Shown: positions 12,274 through 29,496, counted from the stretch's first letter. The stretch: 64,000 nucleotides of DNA from Eledone cirrhosa (GCA_964016885.1 OZ024745.1:24118001-24182000), one strand, 5' to 3'. Program-made: numbers and translations. The notes: a model not told the origin generated them from the letters alone.

Positions 12274-12489
12274 TTGCATATTAAAATTAATTCGATATCG
12301 ATCAACTCAGGCTAGAATCAGTGTGACGGGCCCCAACCCTTTTTCGACATCTTATCAGATATGCGAGCTTATATCTGCAAAGACGCATCTAAACATGATT
12401 GTACCCTGAGCTAATCGATATCGAAACTATTGTAATATCCAAATAAAGTCCATACATATGAGGCGACTCTCACTTCGACTCTTTTAAAT

Positions 12490-12568
<79 letters not shown>

Positions 12569-12611
12569 ATATATATATATATATATATATGTGTATGTAT
12601 GTATATGTATA

Positions 12612-13240
12612 TAGAGATTGTTGAGAAGCCAGAGGGGATCACTAATGAAGGCGGGAAGCCGCTAGAATTGGTTGAGGACTTCCTGTATTTGGGAGCAAAG
12701 ATTGGGAATACGGAAGATGATGTGGTTGAGAGGAAGAGCAAAGCCTGGGCGGCGTGCCACAGCTTGAGATCAGTGTGGAAGTCGGACCTTCGTAAAGACC
12801 TGAAAATCCGTCTCTTCATTGTTGTAGTGGAGTCTGTGCTGCTGTACGGGTCTGAGACTTGGACACTGACCAAGAAACTCACTCAGATAGTATATTGGTG
12901 CTACACGATAATGTTGAGGATGGCTCTGAACATTAATCAGTATACACTGAGGATGAAAAACTCAGAGCTGTATGGGAGCCTCCCAAAAGTCAGCTCAAAA
13001 GTGACACAGAGGAGACTGAGGTTAGCTGGACATGCTCACCGACATCCAGAGTTGACATTGCACTCAGTGCTCCTGTGGGAGCCCCTACACGGACACACTT
13101 GAAGAGAAAGACCAAGGTTAACGTATGTTGATGCCCTAAGGACAGACACTGGTCTCTTGGAGACGCAGGATATGGCAGCGATAATGAGGGACAGAGACCG
13201 TTGGAGAGAACTCGTCCATGGATCACGGGAATTTTACCCA
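12612..13240 (+). mobile_element. RTE-clade LINE 3' fragment
   Basis: ORF 12599-13102: FLYLGAKI, VLLYGSETWTLTK, RRLRLAGH, typical of the RTE RT C-terminus. Confidence 0.9.
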
Positions 13241-13275
13241 CCCTAGAAAAATATGTACACACACACACACACAGA

Positions 13276-13328
<53 letters not shown>

Positions 13329-13403
13329 TAAAATGACGAACAGAACACAGGAGGCAATTGTACACTGTTATATTAGGATCACGCTTGATGGAAGTGGAGG
13401 AGG

Positions 13404-13439
13404 TCTCAACGTTTCGGACATAAGTCCTTCATCGGAAAA
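13404..13439 (-). ncRNA. minimal hammerhead ribozyme (C4 variant)
   Basis: Minus strand: TTTT-CCGATGA-a-GGAC ttat GTCC-GAAA-CG-TT-GAGA. Layout typical of Penelope/Poseidon pLTR hammerheads; stem I is weak. Confidence 0.65.
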
Positions 13440-13485
13440 GTTCGAATAAAGAGAGAAAGAGAGAAAGAGAGATAGAGAAAAAGAC

Positions 13486-13535
<50 letters not shown>

Positions 13536-13664
13536 AGAGAGAGAGAGTGAGAGAGAGAGAGAAAGAAAGGGAGAGAGAGTGAGAAAGAGAGATTTCTGCT
13601 TAACAGAATAGCTTCCATTAACTATATTCTACGCATCTCATTTGCTGAAACGTGTGTAAGACGA

Positions 13665-13719
<55 letters not shown>

Positions 13720-13787
13720 ACCACACATATATAAATATATATATATATAACACCATATATATACGTGTGTGTATCAATGTATATTAA

Positions 13788-13836
13788 TGTATATAAAACT
13801 GAGGATGTGTGTGTATGTGTGTATGCGTGTGTGTGT

Positions 13837-13879
<43 letters not shown>

Positions 13880-14452
13880 TGAGTTTGAATCCCTAAAACT
13901 CGAGAAGTACCCAACCGATTTTTTTCAAACTTTACTTTCAGGGAGTGTTATGCACATAAAAAAATTCAGCTTTTTGATTCTGTAGGGCCTGCATTAGGTG
14001 AAAAACTGCGTTTTTTTCCAGCTTTTTCGGATATTTTTGAGGCGTTACCTCAGACCAATTTCCTTGAAATTGTAACTATGTATTAGTCAGTTTCTTCTTC
14101 ATACCGTGAGCAAAGAAAATCCAACTTTTTTATGGCATTAGGTGAAAAACTTCAGCTTTTCAGCTTTTTAGGACTATTTTGGGGCGTGACGTCTAGCTGA
14201 GTTTCCGGAAATTTCAAGGCATATTATGCACATAAAAAAATTCATTTTCTTGATCCCCTAGGGCCCGCATTAGGTGAAAACCTGCAATTTTCCTGCTGCA
14301 TGGAGGAAAATCTTAAAGATTATCCAGCCATCAGAGTATTCGGTTTATTTTCTTTACATATTTCCAGGCATGCAGTTTTTCCACGATTAGGTCTGTTGGC
14401 GGCCGGCGTTTCAAAATACCTTATCCCGTGCAACGCCGGGCACCACTGCTAG
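13788..14452 (+). mobile_element. non-autonomous Helitron-type element
   Basis: 5' tatataaaactgaggatgtgtg followed by (GT)n, internal subrepeats gcattaggtgaaaa, 3' hairpin cccg-tgcaacgc-cggg (14425-14440), then CTAG|T at 14449-14452. Confidence 0.7.
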
Positions 14453-14504
14453 TATATTTATAAATACATGCACCCATACATACATTTATATTTATATATA
14501 TATA

Positions 14505-14550
<46 letters not shown>

Positions 14551-14948
14551 TACATACAAATCACATACACAAACAGTTAGAGAGAGACACATACATCGAC
14601 ACAGACGAAAACATCACTACTCATATATAACCAAATAAACTCATAGACAACCCACAATTTCACACGCAGGAAAATACGCACACAGACTCAAATAGATAAA
14701 CACATATATAATTCATATATAATGCCAGCCACACACGTATACACACACACCTAATGTGTACGGCGTCGCTAGCAGCTGTCGATAGAGGTCGCTTATCGAT
14801 CGACACATTTTAAAATTGCTCTCAATCTAGTGTGCATCCGCTCCAACACACACACATACACACATTCATTCTCAACCACACGCACGCATAAACACATATG
14901 CATACACGCACACACTCTTTTTCTCTTTCTTATATATCTATATATATA

Positions 14949-14998
<50 letters not shown>

Positions 14999-15005
14999 TA
15001 TATAC

Positions 15006-15060
<55 letters not shown>

Positions 15061-15162
15061 TATATATATACATGTATATAGATAGATAGATACATGTGTG
15101 TATGTATGTATGTATGTATGTATGTATGACTGTGGGTGGATGTATATCTGTATGTATTCATG

Positions 15163-15194
<32 letters not shown>

Positions 15195-15291
15195 TATACA
15201 TACATATATATACATATATATATATCTATATATATCTATATACATGTATATAAATCTATATATATCTATATACATGTATATATATATATAA

Positions 15292-15324
<33 letters not shown>

Positions 15325-15326
15325 CA

Positions 15327-15399
<73 letters not shown>

Positions 15400-15779
15400 G
15401 AATATAAACGTGTACACGCTTCCTTCGATCTCTTTTCTTCCTCCTCTTCTTCCTTCACACCTACACAAAATGTTACACATGACGTTATATATAGCACGTC
15501 ACTCATATATTCCCAACTTAACATTACCCATAGGCCACTGCGTATCTTAAACTCACGCGTGTATATACATGCGTGTATATACATGCGTGCTTCTGTGTGT
15601 GTTTATGTGTGAGTCTCTGTGTGTGTGTCGAAACGCTCATGCACACACATTGACATACATATCAGTATGCATCACTGCACATCACTGCACACCATTGCAC
15701 ACCATTGCTCAAACAACACACGCCCCCCCCTGTAATACTACCCTCTACATTTGTTCTTGCAATTCTGCATATATATACC

Positions 15780-16704
15780 TGTATATACATACCTCCATGC
15801 GTACATGCATCTATGCATATATACATACATACATACACACATATGCACGTACGTATATACATACATGCATACACATCTACGTACGTATATACATATCTCC
15901 ATACATACATGCATCTATGCATACATACATGCATACATACATACATACATACATACACACATATGTACGTACGTATATACATACATACATACATACATAC
16001 ATACATACATACATACACATGTACGTACGTATATACATATCTCCATACATACATGCATCTATGCATACATACATGCATACATACATACATACATACATAC
16101 ATACATACATACATACATACATACATACATACACACATATGTACGTATATACATACATACATACACATCTACGTACGTATATACATATCTCCATACATAC
16201 ATGTATCTATGCATGCATACATACATACATACACACATATGTACGTACGTATATACATACATACATATGTACGTACTATATACATATCTCCATACATACA
16301 TGCATATATGCATGCATACATATATACATACACACATATGTACGTACGTATATACATACATACATACATACATACATACATACACATGTACGTACGTAAA
16401 TACATATCTCCATACATACATGCATCTATGCAGGCATACATACATACATACATACATACATACATACACACATATGTACGTACGTATATACATACATACA
16501 AATGTACGTACGTATATACATATCTCCATACATACATGCATCTATGCATACTTACATACACACATATGTACGTACGTATATAGATACATGCATACACATC
16601 TACGTACGTATATACATATCTCCATACATACATGCATCTATGCATGCATACATACATACATACATACATACATACATACATACATACATACATACATACA
16701 TACA

Positions 16705-16735
<31 letters not shown>

Positions 16736-17200
16736 GTATGTACGTATGTACATACATACACATGTACGTACGTACGTACGTATGTACATACATACACATC
16801 TACGTGCGTAGGTATGTACATACATACATACACATGTACGTTCGTATGTACATACATGCATACATACACATGTACGTACATACATACATATGTATACACC
16901 TACGTACGTACATATGTACAAAACATACACATCTACGTACGTACATATGTACATACATACATACACATCTACGTACGTAGGTATGTACATATATACATAC
17001 ATACACATGTACGTTCGTATGTACATACATACATACATACACATGTACGTACATACATACATATGTATACATCTACGTACGTACATATGTACATACATAC
17101 ATACACATGTACGTACGTAGGTATGTACATACATACACATGTACGTACATACATACATATATACGTACGTACATACACATATATATATATGTATATAGAC
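15780..17200. repeat. complex (CATA)n-based minisatellite with higher-order units
   Basis: Recurrent acgtacgtatatacatatctccatacatacatgcatctatgcat separated by variable (CATA)n. Confidence 0.9.
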
Positions 17201-17552
17201 ACACTGAGAGCAACACATCGTGTTATAACCTCTGTACACCACATAACATAATGTCTCTAGTGTAGCTTCACTTGGCCCTTATCATAATATTCCAGCTAAC
17301 CATATACAAAGAAAGGCAAACACACGCACACGCACACACACACACACACACACATTCACATACGGCACACACACAAATACACACATACATAAATTCATAC
17401 ATAAATACATACATATATACGTACATGATGGCTGTCCCCTCGTTATCGAGTATGGGCATTGCACACAAACAAATCATAATAATAATAATGATAACAACAA
17501 CAACAACAATAATAACAATAACAACGACAACAGCAACAATAATAATATACAC

Positions 17553-17595
<43 letters not shown>

Positions 17596-17783
17596 TACAT
17601 ACACAGATATACGTACATAAATATGTAAAGACACATATATTTATATACATACACACATTCATACATATATTTGTATAGTTGTGTTACACGATATATTATA
17701 TATGGATAAAACATTATCTGATTTAGAACTTTATATAAAATGAAGTCAAGTAATATATATATATGAACATATATATATATATA

Positions 17784-17860
17784 CAGAGTGTCCCCAAAAC
17801 ATATACACACTTCAACAGCATTCTAATAAATATGTTTATACATTTTGGGGGGACATCCTG
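17784..17860. mobile_element. tiny Tc1/mariner-type MITE
   Basis: TA-cagagtgtccccaaaa...ttttggggggacatcctg-TA inverted termini. Confidence 0.7.
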
Positions 17861-18022
17861 TATATATATATATATATATATATCGTCTTCCTGTCTTCCT
17901 CCGGTTGCAACGTTTTTTGAAATATCCAGTTCTGCGTTTACAGATTGACTTTGTTAGTTTCAGAAGATCCCGTTAAGGGTGAAAGCAGCGATTCTTTGCT
18001 TAAACTTTAATCTGTTATTTTA

Positions 18023-18560
<538 letters not shown>

Positions 18561-18568
<8 letters not shown>

Positions 18569-18779
18569 TAAATGGAAACTATCTTTATAAAACCATATTT
18601 ATTTTATTATATATATTTCAGGGGACCAACATTTTTTGGTACGCCCTCATCAGATAAAATACAAAAGTTGTTTTATAGAAAGTGACATATTCCAGAACAA
18701 GAACTTATCGTTTTAAATTCTGTTTGAATAGAGTTATAAATAAATTTGTTGAATAACCAACAAATTAAATAACTCTTTG

Positions 18780-18782
<3 letters not shown>
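18561..18782 (-). mobile_element. hammerhead-bearing terminus family (also 22655-23010 inverted pair and 61770-61940)
   Basis: Minus strand ATTTTAT-CTGATGA-gggcgtacc..ggtcccct-GAAA-TATATA-TA-ATAAAAT at ~18601-18660. Confidence 0.75.
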
Positions 18783-18868
<86 letters not shown>

Positions 18869-18954
18869 GTGTGTGTCTGATGGTAGCAATGATGCTTCCA
18901 TAGGCGGTATGCCGGTTGAGCACTCTATGTTCTTACAGAGCAGAGTGTGATATA

Positions 18955-20120
<1,166 letters not shown>

Positions 20121-20129
20121 TCTCTGGTA

Positions 20130-20450
20130 TCACCACTACCACCAGCACTACCACCACCACCATCACTACCACTACCACCACCACCACCACCACCGCCACC
20201 ACCACAACCACCACCACCAGTACCATCACCACCACCAACACCACCGCCACCACCTCATCATTAATACCACTACCACCATCATTGCCATCACAATATCCAA
20301 CACCACCACTACCACCAGCACTACCACCCACCACCACCACCACCACCACCACCATCACTACCACTACCACCACCACCGCCTTCACCACAACCACCACCAC
20401 CAGTACCATCACCACCACCACCACCAACACCACCGCCACCACCTCATCCA
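20130..20450. repeat. (CAC)n degenerate trinucleotide repeat, internally duplicated
   Basis: Direct inspection. It accounts for the His/Thr/Val-rich ORFs here. Confidence 0.9.
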
Positions 20451-20596
20451 AAATATTGATTCTGATCGCTTCAGATGGCTACTAATGATATTGTTCTCTG
20501 ACTGTGGTGCCACCTGGTGTTTTGTGAACATGTGTTGTATGCGTGATTGTGTGCCTCTCATTATCTGTGTCTCTATACACTCGTTATTATGTGTGT

Positions 20597-20699
<103 letters not shown>

Positions 20700-20864
20700 G
20701 TGAAATATAATAACAAGGACGATTGGTTACTCCTTCATTATGTTTATTGGTTGGGGAGGCGCGTTTCGCCACTGATCAGCCCAGGGTTCGATCTGTATCG
20801 ATCTGATATATGTATATATATATATATACACATATATATACATACACACATATACATATATACC

Positions 20865-20957
<93 letters not shown>

Positions 20958-20986
20958 ATATACAATTGTTATATACATATATACCT

Positions 20987-21032
<46 letters not shown>

Positions 21033-21076
21033 ATATATATTATTATATAAATTGTTATATACATATATACCTATAT

Positions 21077-21132
<56 letters not shown>

Positions 21133-21149
21133 ATATACAATTTCCTCCT

Positions 21150-21198
<49 letters not shown>

Positions 21199-21351
21199 AG
21201 GAAATTGTAGTTTACTTGAAGCATTGCGTAGTGAGGTATAAACGTTTGGAGTTATAAGGCCAGAACAATGCAGGTATGGATATAGAATATAAATACAAAT
21301 GCAAAAGATATTGCTGACAATTAGTCTTTTACCTTAAATTTATTTGAATAT

Positions 21352-21386
21352 CCTTAATTTTCGAGATAATATCTCTTCTTCGGAGG
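21352..21386 (-). ncRNA. minimal hammerhead ribozyme (C4 variant)
   Basis: Minus strand CCT-CCGAAGA-a-GAGAT att ATCTC-GAAA-AT-TA-AGG. Confidence 0.65.
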
Positions 21387-21437
21387 GAAGTAAAGGGGTT
21401 AATCCAGTGTTCTAATTAGCTTGCCAACCCATGCTGA

Positions 21438-21873
<436 letters not shown>

Positions 21874-23157
21874 TATATGTATCCATGCATACATATATAC
21901 ACTTATATACAACCACCATAATAAGCATAAGTGTGGAACAGTTGTAATCAGTCCAACCTCATAGCGACTAGATCGTTTCATTCCACGCTGAGGATTTGTT
22001 TTTACTCTCAGTGATAGTTTTTCTCACGAATGCTACTGTCACCTACACAACGAATAATTTTCTGGGTCATTGTCCATTTAATGAATCATTGATCTACCGT
22101 ACTTATATCCCACCTATCTGACTAACGTTAGATACAATAGATTTAGCTACAACGCCAATAATATCTTTAACTTCCTTTAATTTATGGTAGATGTAAGCCT
22201 AAATTATTAGAAAGTGACAGAAAACAGTTACAGTAGGTAGATGTATGCTGTGTAATAATCAGTAGTCATTTATTGTAGGTGAATGTGAAGTGACGATCTT
22301 ATGAAAAATAAAATTCAAATTCAAACAAGATAAAGTTAGGAGGTAAATTCGAAAATTCTATAAACAGATTAAAGCAGGAGAAAACTTAATTATAAGATAT
22401 GGTGGGAATAATTTACTAACATACATATATATATATATATAGAGAGAGAGAGAAAAGGTTCGGATCCCGACGGCAGGGCTCAAGCCGTTTCGACGGCTAT
22501 TTCTAGACTCAGAAATAGCCGTCGAAACGGCTTGAGCCCTGCCGTCGGGGTCCTGAACCTTTTCCTATTACCTACTCTACTATCCAAAGTATCGAGTACT
22601 CTGGTGCGTTATGGTCCACCTGGTTCCTTACCACACTTCCTTCATTATATATATATATAATATATCAATGATATTAATAAATGGAAACTATATTTATAAA
22701 AGCATATTTATTCGATTACATATATTTCAAGGGTACCAAAACTTTGGTACGCTCTCATCAGATAAAATACAAAGTTTGTTTTATAAATATTGACATATCC
22801 AGGAAGGAGATCTTAACAGTTCAAGTTTTTTCTGGATAGTCAGAAAAAACTTGAACCGTTAAGATCTCGTTCCTGGATATGTCAATATTTATAAAACAAA
22901 CTTTGTATTTTATCTGATGAGAGCGTACCAAAGTTTTGGTACCCTTGAAATATATGTAATCGAATAAATATGCTTTTATAAATATAGTTTCAATTTATTA
23001 ATATCATTGATATATTATATATATATATATATATATTCTGATGATTTCTCCCGAATAAAACAGTTCTAGTCCTGTAGAAGCCATTTCTAAATTTATACTC
23101 TGCTATGTATTGAGTACCTTACTTAATGTGGTTACCCCCGATTGAACTCGGGATATA

Positions 23158-23206
<49 letters not shown>

Positions 23207-23209
23207 CGA

Positions 23210-23304
23210 GACGTATCCGAGGACCGCGCGATTTCAGAGTCAGGTTTGATCACCACATCGATCGTGCCTCGAGCTGGTCGCCCGAGAAACAATTGTAATA
23301 TGTC
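23210..23304 (+). ncRNA. hammerhead ribozyme with ~60-nt stem II domain
   Basis: GACGTAT-CCGAGGA-[long insert]-GAAA-CAATTG-TA-ATATGTC. 7-bp stem I and palindromic stem III. Confidence 0.7.
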
Positions 23305-23531
23305 CAATAAATTCCTTTCGTGGCAACACTGATTCTCTTTTTTCTGTGATATATATATATATATATATATATTTATATTGTTATACTTTGGGAGGGTCAT
23401 GTTGCCAATAAGAAACACACGCACCAGTTGCTTTCACTTCAATTTATTATAATAAATTTATAATAAATTTATAAATTTATAAATTTCTGGTTGGTTGGTT
23501 GGTTCCACAACCAGATAGTTGTTTATATATT

Positions 23532-23574
23532 GTCATAGTTCTTTCGTCACACACTCTGTGACCTCTTCAGTGAC
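23532..23574 (-). ncRNA. minimal hammerhead ribozyme in pLTR remnant 23376-23595
   Basis: Minus strand GTCA-CTGAAGA-g-GTCACA gagtg TGTGAC-GAAA-GAAC-TA-TGAC. Confidence 0.8.
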
Positions 23575-23592
23575 TAAACAAATTCAGAAACG

Positions 23593-23625
<33 letters not shown>

Positions 23626-23630
<5 letters not shown>

Positions 23631-23985
23631 GACGTAAAATAAGAAAATTTTAAAAATTAAAAATCAACTTACTAAAATTTTCACTCCAACTAATTAGTTT
23701 CTGTAATGGGATAAAGATAGTTACGCAATGTAACCATCGAGAATTCATTACGTCACCAGGGAGTCTATTCTCAGCTAAGTCTCCAGGCAATGCGCGGACA
23801 CTAGGGACTCATATAAAAATAATAATTCGGTGGATGGAACAGCTAACGGTGACTGAATTCCATAGCACTGAAAAAGTTCACTGTCTCTGGTCAAATGGCA
23901 GATTCTAAAGAATCAATCACGTGACACTGAGGCTAGTCGGAAGGAGTGGGGTGGTAAAATGACAAAAGCCTACTACCACTACAAT
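23626..23985 (-). mobile_element. hammerhead-bearing terminus; opposite-strand relative at 63330-63678
   Basis: Minus strand ACTCC-CTGGTGA-cGTAATG..CATTACa-GAAA-CTAATTAG-TT-GGAGT at 23683-23764. Confidence 0.7.
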
Positions 23986-24004
23986 GAGTTAGTAGTGGAT
24001 TTGG

Positions 24005-24965
24005 CAGTACCGAACCATACCCCGAGCAATTTCAATGGTCCTTCCGTCCTAGTTGCAAACCGACAGACTTGTCTGGGTCCAGTTTTGCTCCTGTGAACCT
24101 TTCGTATTCCTGTAGTCGGTTGCCGATTACTTCGATTTCCGATGTTTTCGACACCATTACCGTCACGTCGTAGTGGCTCTAGAGTCAATACGTACAGTAT
24201 AGAGAAGAGAGAGCATCCCTGTCGAATGGAACGCGTGATTGTGAACAGCTCCGATAGGTATCCGTTTACCTTGACCTTCGAGCAGATGCTGGTGTGCATC
24301 GCCTTGACCCAGCCTCTGAAAACGGGACCGAAACCGGCCGCCTTGAGAACCGCTTCCAAGTTTCGATGGTCGACCCTATCGAATACCTTAGACTGATCTA
24401 AATTGATCAGATCCCCACCGAAGCCGCGTTTACACCCCACCCTCTCTATGATGTATCGCTTGGGATTGACGTTGTCGTGTATGGACCTGGTCGGGATTGC
24501 ATACGTTTGCGCTTTCCCTACCAGGTTCTCGATGACAAGCGCCAGCCTCGTTGCTAGCACCTTGGCCAAAATCTTTAACTCTGTGTTGAGCAGAGTTATG
24601 GGACTGAAATTGTTTATTTCGTCCCCCTTTTTCTCGTCTTTCCTGATCAGCGTTACTATGCCCTTGCCTGCAGAACTGGGAATTGTCCCGTTCTGCCTGC
24701 CAATTGCAGTAGACGGTTTCGAGGAAGCCAGAGAACAAGTTCGGCATGCCTATGTAAAACTCATAGGCTAGACCATCTAGACCGGGTGATTTGCGTTTCC
24801 CGCAGCGGCCCAGAGCGTCCCATATCTCAGTGGCTGTGATCGGTCTTTCGCAGAACTCGGCGTCCGTGCTCGAGAGACGCGGCAGGCCGTCGAGGTATGA
24901 ACCAAAGTCCATTGCCTCGTTCGGTGCACCGTCGTTCTGCTCAAACAGTCGCGCAAAGTGCCGCA
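24005..24965 (-). mobile_element. Tx1/L1-like LINE RT fragment, degraded
   Basis: ORFs 24430-25020 (KSPGLDGLAYEFY) and 23979-24569 (LDQSKVFDRVDH, IRQGCSL). Confidence 0.9.
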
Positions 24966-24979
24966 GATAGATATGTTTC

Positions 24980-27900
24980 GTTATTAGCCAGAGGGGCACA
25001 AAAGAAGGGGACAAATACAAACGGGGAAGTTTACATACAATAAAAACGTGTAAAATGTTATCACAAATGTAATTTTAAAAGTTAGTCGATTTTCCCCAAT
25101 AGGGGGAGACAGTTTATATGGGTAACACATACCCCCGAAAAAATGTGCAACCCTCATCTCCAGGAGTACGAAGAGTTTGTACTTCTTTCCTCTCCTCCTC
25201 CTTTTCCTCAACCTACAGGCTGATATAGAGAGAAGGCCCATTCACTCGGGCCATTCTCGCCACTTTCACCCACCTTTCATAAAACTTGCTGGGGTACAGC
25301 ACCTCTCTCTCCATCCTGATTCTTCTTCCAAAGTGGTATTTGAAAAAAAGAATCAGTTGTTGGCCGGAGAGAAAGGTGTCTGACCTCAGCCCTTTCAACC
25401 TTGTCCACCATACAACCTCTTTCGCCATAGCTATCACACAAAGGAAAACCGCCTCTCCTTCGTTTTTGAAGGAGGGTGGCGGTTTGATCATGACAATGGA
25501 CTCGGTGGTCAACCGGATTGGTCCCACCTGCGACAATAGTCGTTCTACATAGCCCCACAGGTCAGTGACGCCCGCGCAGTGTATGAATGCGTGCGCGACG
25601 GTTTCTTCGTCTCGCACGCACCTCGGACAGATCTTTTTTGCAGGGTCCCTGCCCGGGCGCCCATGTCTGTAGAGCTTATCTCGAACTGGTAGAGCTCCTC
25701 GGTAGCACTGCCAGGCCAGGGACTTTTGGAAGTTGTCCATCGGTCCCGGGCGGAATGTCCTACCGAACAGACTGGCCAGTTTATCTTCCTCTACGCCTAG
25801 AGTTTCACCGAGCGCGTCGTCGCACTTGCTGCGGATCAACCCCCTATAGAATGACGAAGTGGAGTCTCCACTGATCGCCGGGTCCGCCTGCCAGAGGGCT
25901 GTGAGCGCCTGAGCACATTCGATGTGCCAGTCACCCATTTTCCTCGGTCTTTGCTTGACCCAGGACTGCAGCTCGGTCAGCGAGACGAGTCGTGGGAAGG
26001 CTCGCCTCACGAACGGGGCCCACACCGGTTGCCCGGTGAAGAATACGTAGAGATGCCGCAGCCTGAGCGCGTGTTTTCGCATCGTCAACCACGGCATCCC
26101 CAGCCCTCCGTCAGAAGGGTGTTGGCAGCAGATGGATCTCCTCACCAAAGGAGCCCGCCTCTTCCAAAGGAATCGGAAGAGCGCGCGCTCCATTTTGGCG
26201 AGCGTTTTGGCTGGACAAGGCACGACGGTCAAGCAGTAGTAGATGGCGGACGCTATAAAAGTGTTCGCCACCTCCGCTCGACCTTTCAAGGATAGTTTGC
26301 ACTCGGCCCATTTCTGGGTGAGTGCAAACACCTTGGCCGTCACTTCGTTCCAGTTCTTCTCCACCTGGAGGTCCGGACCAAACCAGACCCCGAGCAGCTT
26401 TACCGGTCCTTCCGTCCAGCGTCCGACGACGCCATCGCAAGGCATCGGTTTGCCTCTCCACGATCCGAGTTGCAAACCGATGGACTTGTCCCGGTTCAGC
26501 TTCGCTCCTGTGAAACTTTCGTATTCCTTCAGTAAGGTGCCGACTTCCTCGATTTGCGAGGCGCTCGACACCATTACTGTCACGTCATCGGCGTAGGCTG
26601 ACGTCGCTTTCCGCAGTCCCGGTTCCAGAGGGATGCCCTGCAATAGCTCCAGCTTCCGCAGTAGTGGCTCGAGCGTCAGTACGTACAGAAGGGAGGAGAG
26701 AGGGCATCCCTGTCGAATGGATCGCGTAATATGGAACGGCTCCGAGAGGTAGCCGTTCACCTTGACCCTTGAGCAGATGTTGCTGTTGTGCATTGCAGTA
26801 ATCCAGCCCCTGAACACGGGTCCGAAGCCTGCTGCCTCGAGCACCGCATCCAGGTAACGATGGTCAACCCTATCGAAAGCCTTAGACTGATCCAATTTGA
26901 TCAGGGCCCCACCGAAGTCGGGTTTACACCCTACCCTCTCTATGATGTATCGCATGAGGTGGAGGTTGTCGTGTATGGACCTGGTCGGGATTGCGCATGT
27001 CTGCGCTTCTCCCACCAGGTTCTCGAGGACAAGCGCCAGCCTCTTTGCCAACACCTTGACCAAAATCTGTAACCCTGTGTTTAGCAGAGTTAAGGCCTGA
27101 AGTTGCCTATGTCATCCCCCTTATTCTCGTCCTTCCTGATTAGTGTGACCACGCCCCCGGTTACAGAACTGGGAATTCTCCCGTTCTGTTGCCAGTTGCA
27201 GTAGACCGCTTCCAGGAGACCGGAGAATAAGTCCGGCATTGCTACGTAAAATTCGTAGGGTAGACCGTCGAGACCTGGAGATTTGCGTTTGCCGCATTGG
27301 CTCAGCGCGTCCCCTATCTCAGCGGCTGAAATCGGCTTTTTGCAGAACTTTACCTAGCTGCCCGAGAGTCGCGGTAGGCCGTCGAGGTATGGACCGAAAT
27401 CCATAGCCTCTCCCGGCGCGCCGCCCCTCCCGAACAGTTGAGCAAAGTGCCGCTAATAAGCCGCACACATCTGCTTCGGCTCACGTATCATGCATCTGTT
27501 TTGGTCCTTCAAAGACCGAATCGTGGACTTGTTGCCACTTTTTCCCTCCGTCACTCGGGCCCAGCTAACAGCTTTGGCTCCCTCTTTTCCCAGAGCACGT
27601 ATTTTGCTTCTGACAACGCAGCCCTCGTGTTTTGCGTCGAAGAACTGGTCCAAGGCCGTTCCAGTTGCTAGCACGCTGGCTACGTTGCCACTTCTAATTG
27701 CCTCTTCTACTTTATCTACCAGTTCCTTCTCAGTTCTATTTCTATCTAACGCTAATTCTTTACTAAAAACTATCGAGTCTAATCTAACTGCCCTCTTGAG
27801 AGAGTACCACCATCTGTTGTTGACAATGGCCCCTGTCAAGTGTTGTTTAACGAAAGTGCTAATCCGTCTACTGTAGGCTTTGCTTGTCGGTAACGACAAG

Positions 27901-28097
27901 TTCAGCTTCCAGTAGCCGGGTCCTTGTCTATGGGTTCTATCAAGGTTGGCCATGCAGGTCACTAGTTTGTGATCTGAATAGGCAACCATGAACATTTGTG
28001 GACAGCTTAACATGTCCCTATCCTTATTTCTAACTAGAACCCTATCTAGGTACGATCTAGATGTTCCGCTACGATTACTCTACGTCCACAGTGCCGC
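24980..28097 (-). mobile_element. Tx1/L1-like LINE, 5'-truncated: APE C-terminus, RT, C-terminal Cys domain and 3' UTR
   Basis: 27453-28013 SDHKLV..GPGYWKLN. 25213-27063 DQSKAFDRVDH, RQGCPLS, YADD, CPRC..ETVAHAFIHC. A frameshift near 27090 and a stop at ~27453 break the ORF. Confidence 0.95.
25213..27063 (-). pseudogene. reverse transcriptase ORF2 segment of the Tx1-like LINE (616 aa open)
   Basis: RT motifs QGCPLS and YADD, plus zf-RVT-like CxxC...HxxxxC. Confidence 0.9.
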
Positions 28098-28638
28098 AGA
28101 TAGATAGATAGACAGATAGATAGACAAACAGACAGATAGATATATAGAAAGCTGGACAAACAGGACATACTTGCAAAAGTAAACCTTTGTGATAACATCG
28201 ATATACTTCCAGTATGATGGACTTTAGAATATCACTGGATTATCCCCCACCTTGTCACCTAACTAGGTTACATTACAACAAACTTTTTCTACTGCTTAAT
28301 TCACAAGCGGCGGAAACTCTTCACTCAACTGCCTTCTTGCTTTCCTTTCTTTTTCTTTACTTTAAAGCTGTCTGACTTTTAACACTCTACTTTTATTTTT
28401 GACTTTTTCTAGTTATTATTTTTTCCTTGGTTTGTCTTTTCCTTGGTTTTTTTCCTTTCAGTCTCCTACTGATTTCGTCACAGCGAATACTTAGATTAAC
28501 ATCAGCTATACACACATAGACACCCCCTCCCCCACGCACATACACACACATACACACACATGCATACATATATATATGTAGATGCTTTTGTATAAACATG
28601 TTCTAACAGTATGTATTCTCCTTTGTAACCCTTTCATT

Positions 28639-28737
<99 letters not shown>

Positions 28738-28901
28738 GTATATATACATAGATACATACATATATACATACGCATATACATATACATATCTGTGTATATA
28801 AGTGCATATGAATATATATAATGTGCGTGTATACACCTACACACATACGTATATGTATACGTACATACATTCATAAATACATTCATAAATACATACATAC
28901 A

Positions 28902-28996
<95 letters not shown>

Positions 28997-29128
28997 CTCT
29001 ACCTATTTCTATGTAACATCTATATTTCTTAAGATGTCAACTGATGAAATACAGTGCATCACCTTAAGAGAGAATGCATGTCATGTGTTCATCCATACAG
29101 TGATAATGCGTGTGTGTATATATATATA

Positions 29129-29264
<136 letters not shown>

Positions 29265-29269
29265 CGTAT

Positions 29270-29321
<52 letters not shown>

Positions 29322-29339
29322 CTATCTATCTATCTATAT

Positions 29340-29400
<61 letters not shown>

Positions 29401-29420
29401 TATGTATATATATATGTATA

Positions 29421-29476
<56 letters not shown>

Positions 29477-29496
29477 TATGTATATATATATGTATA

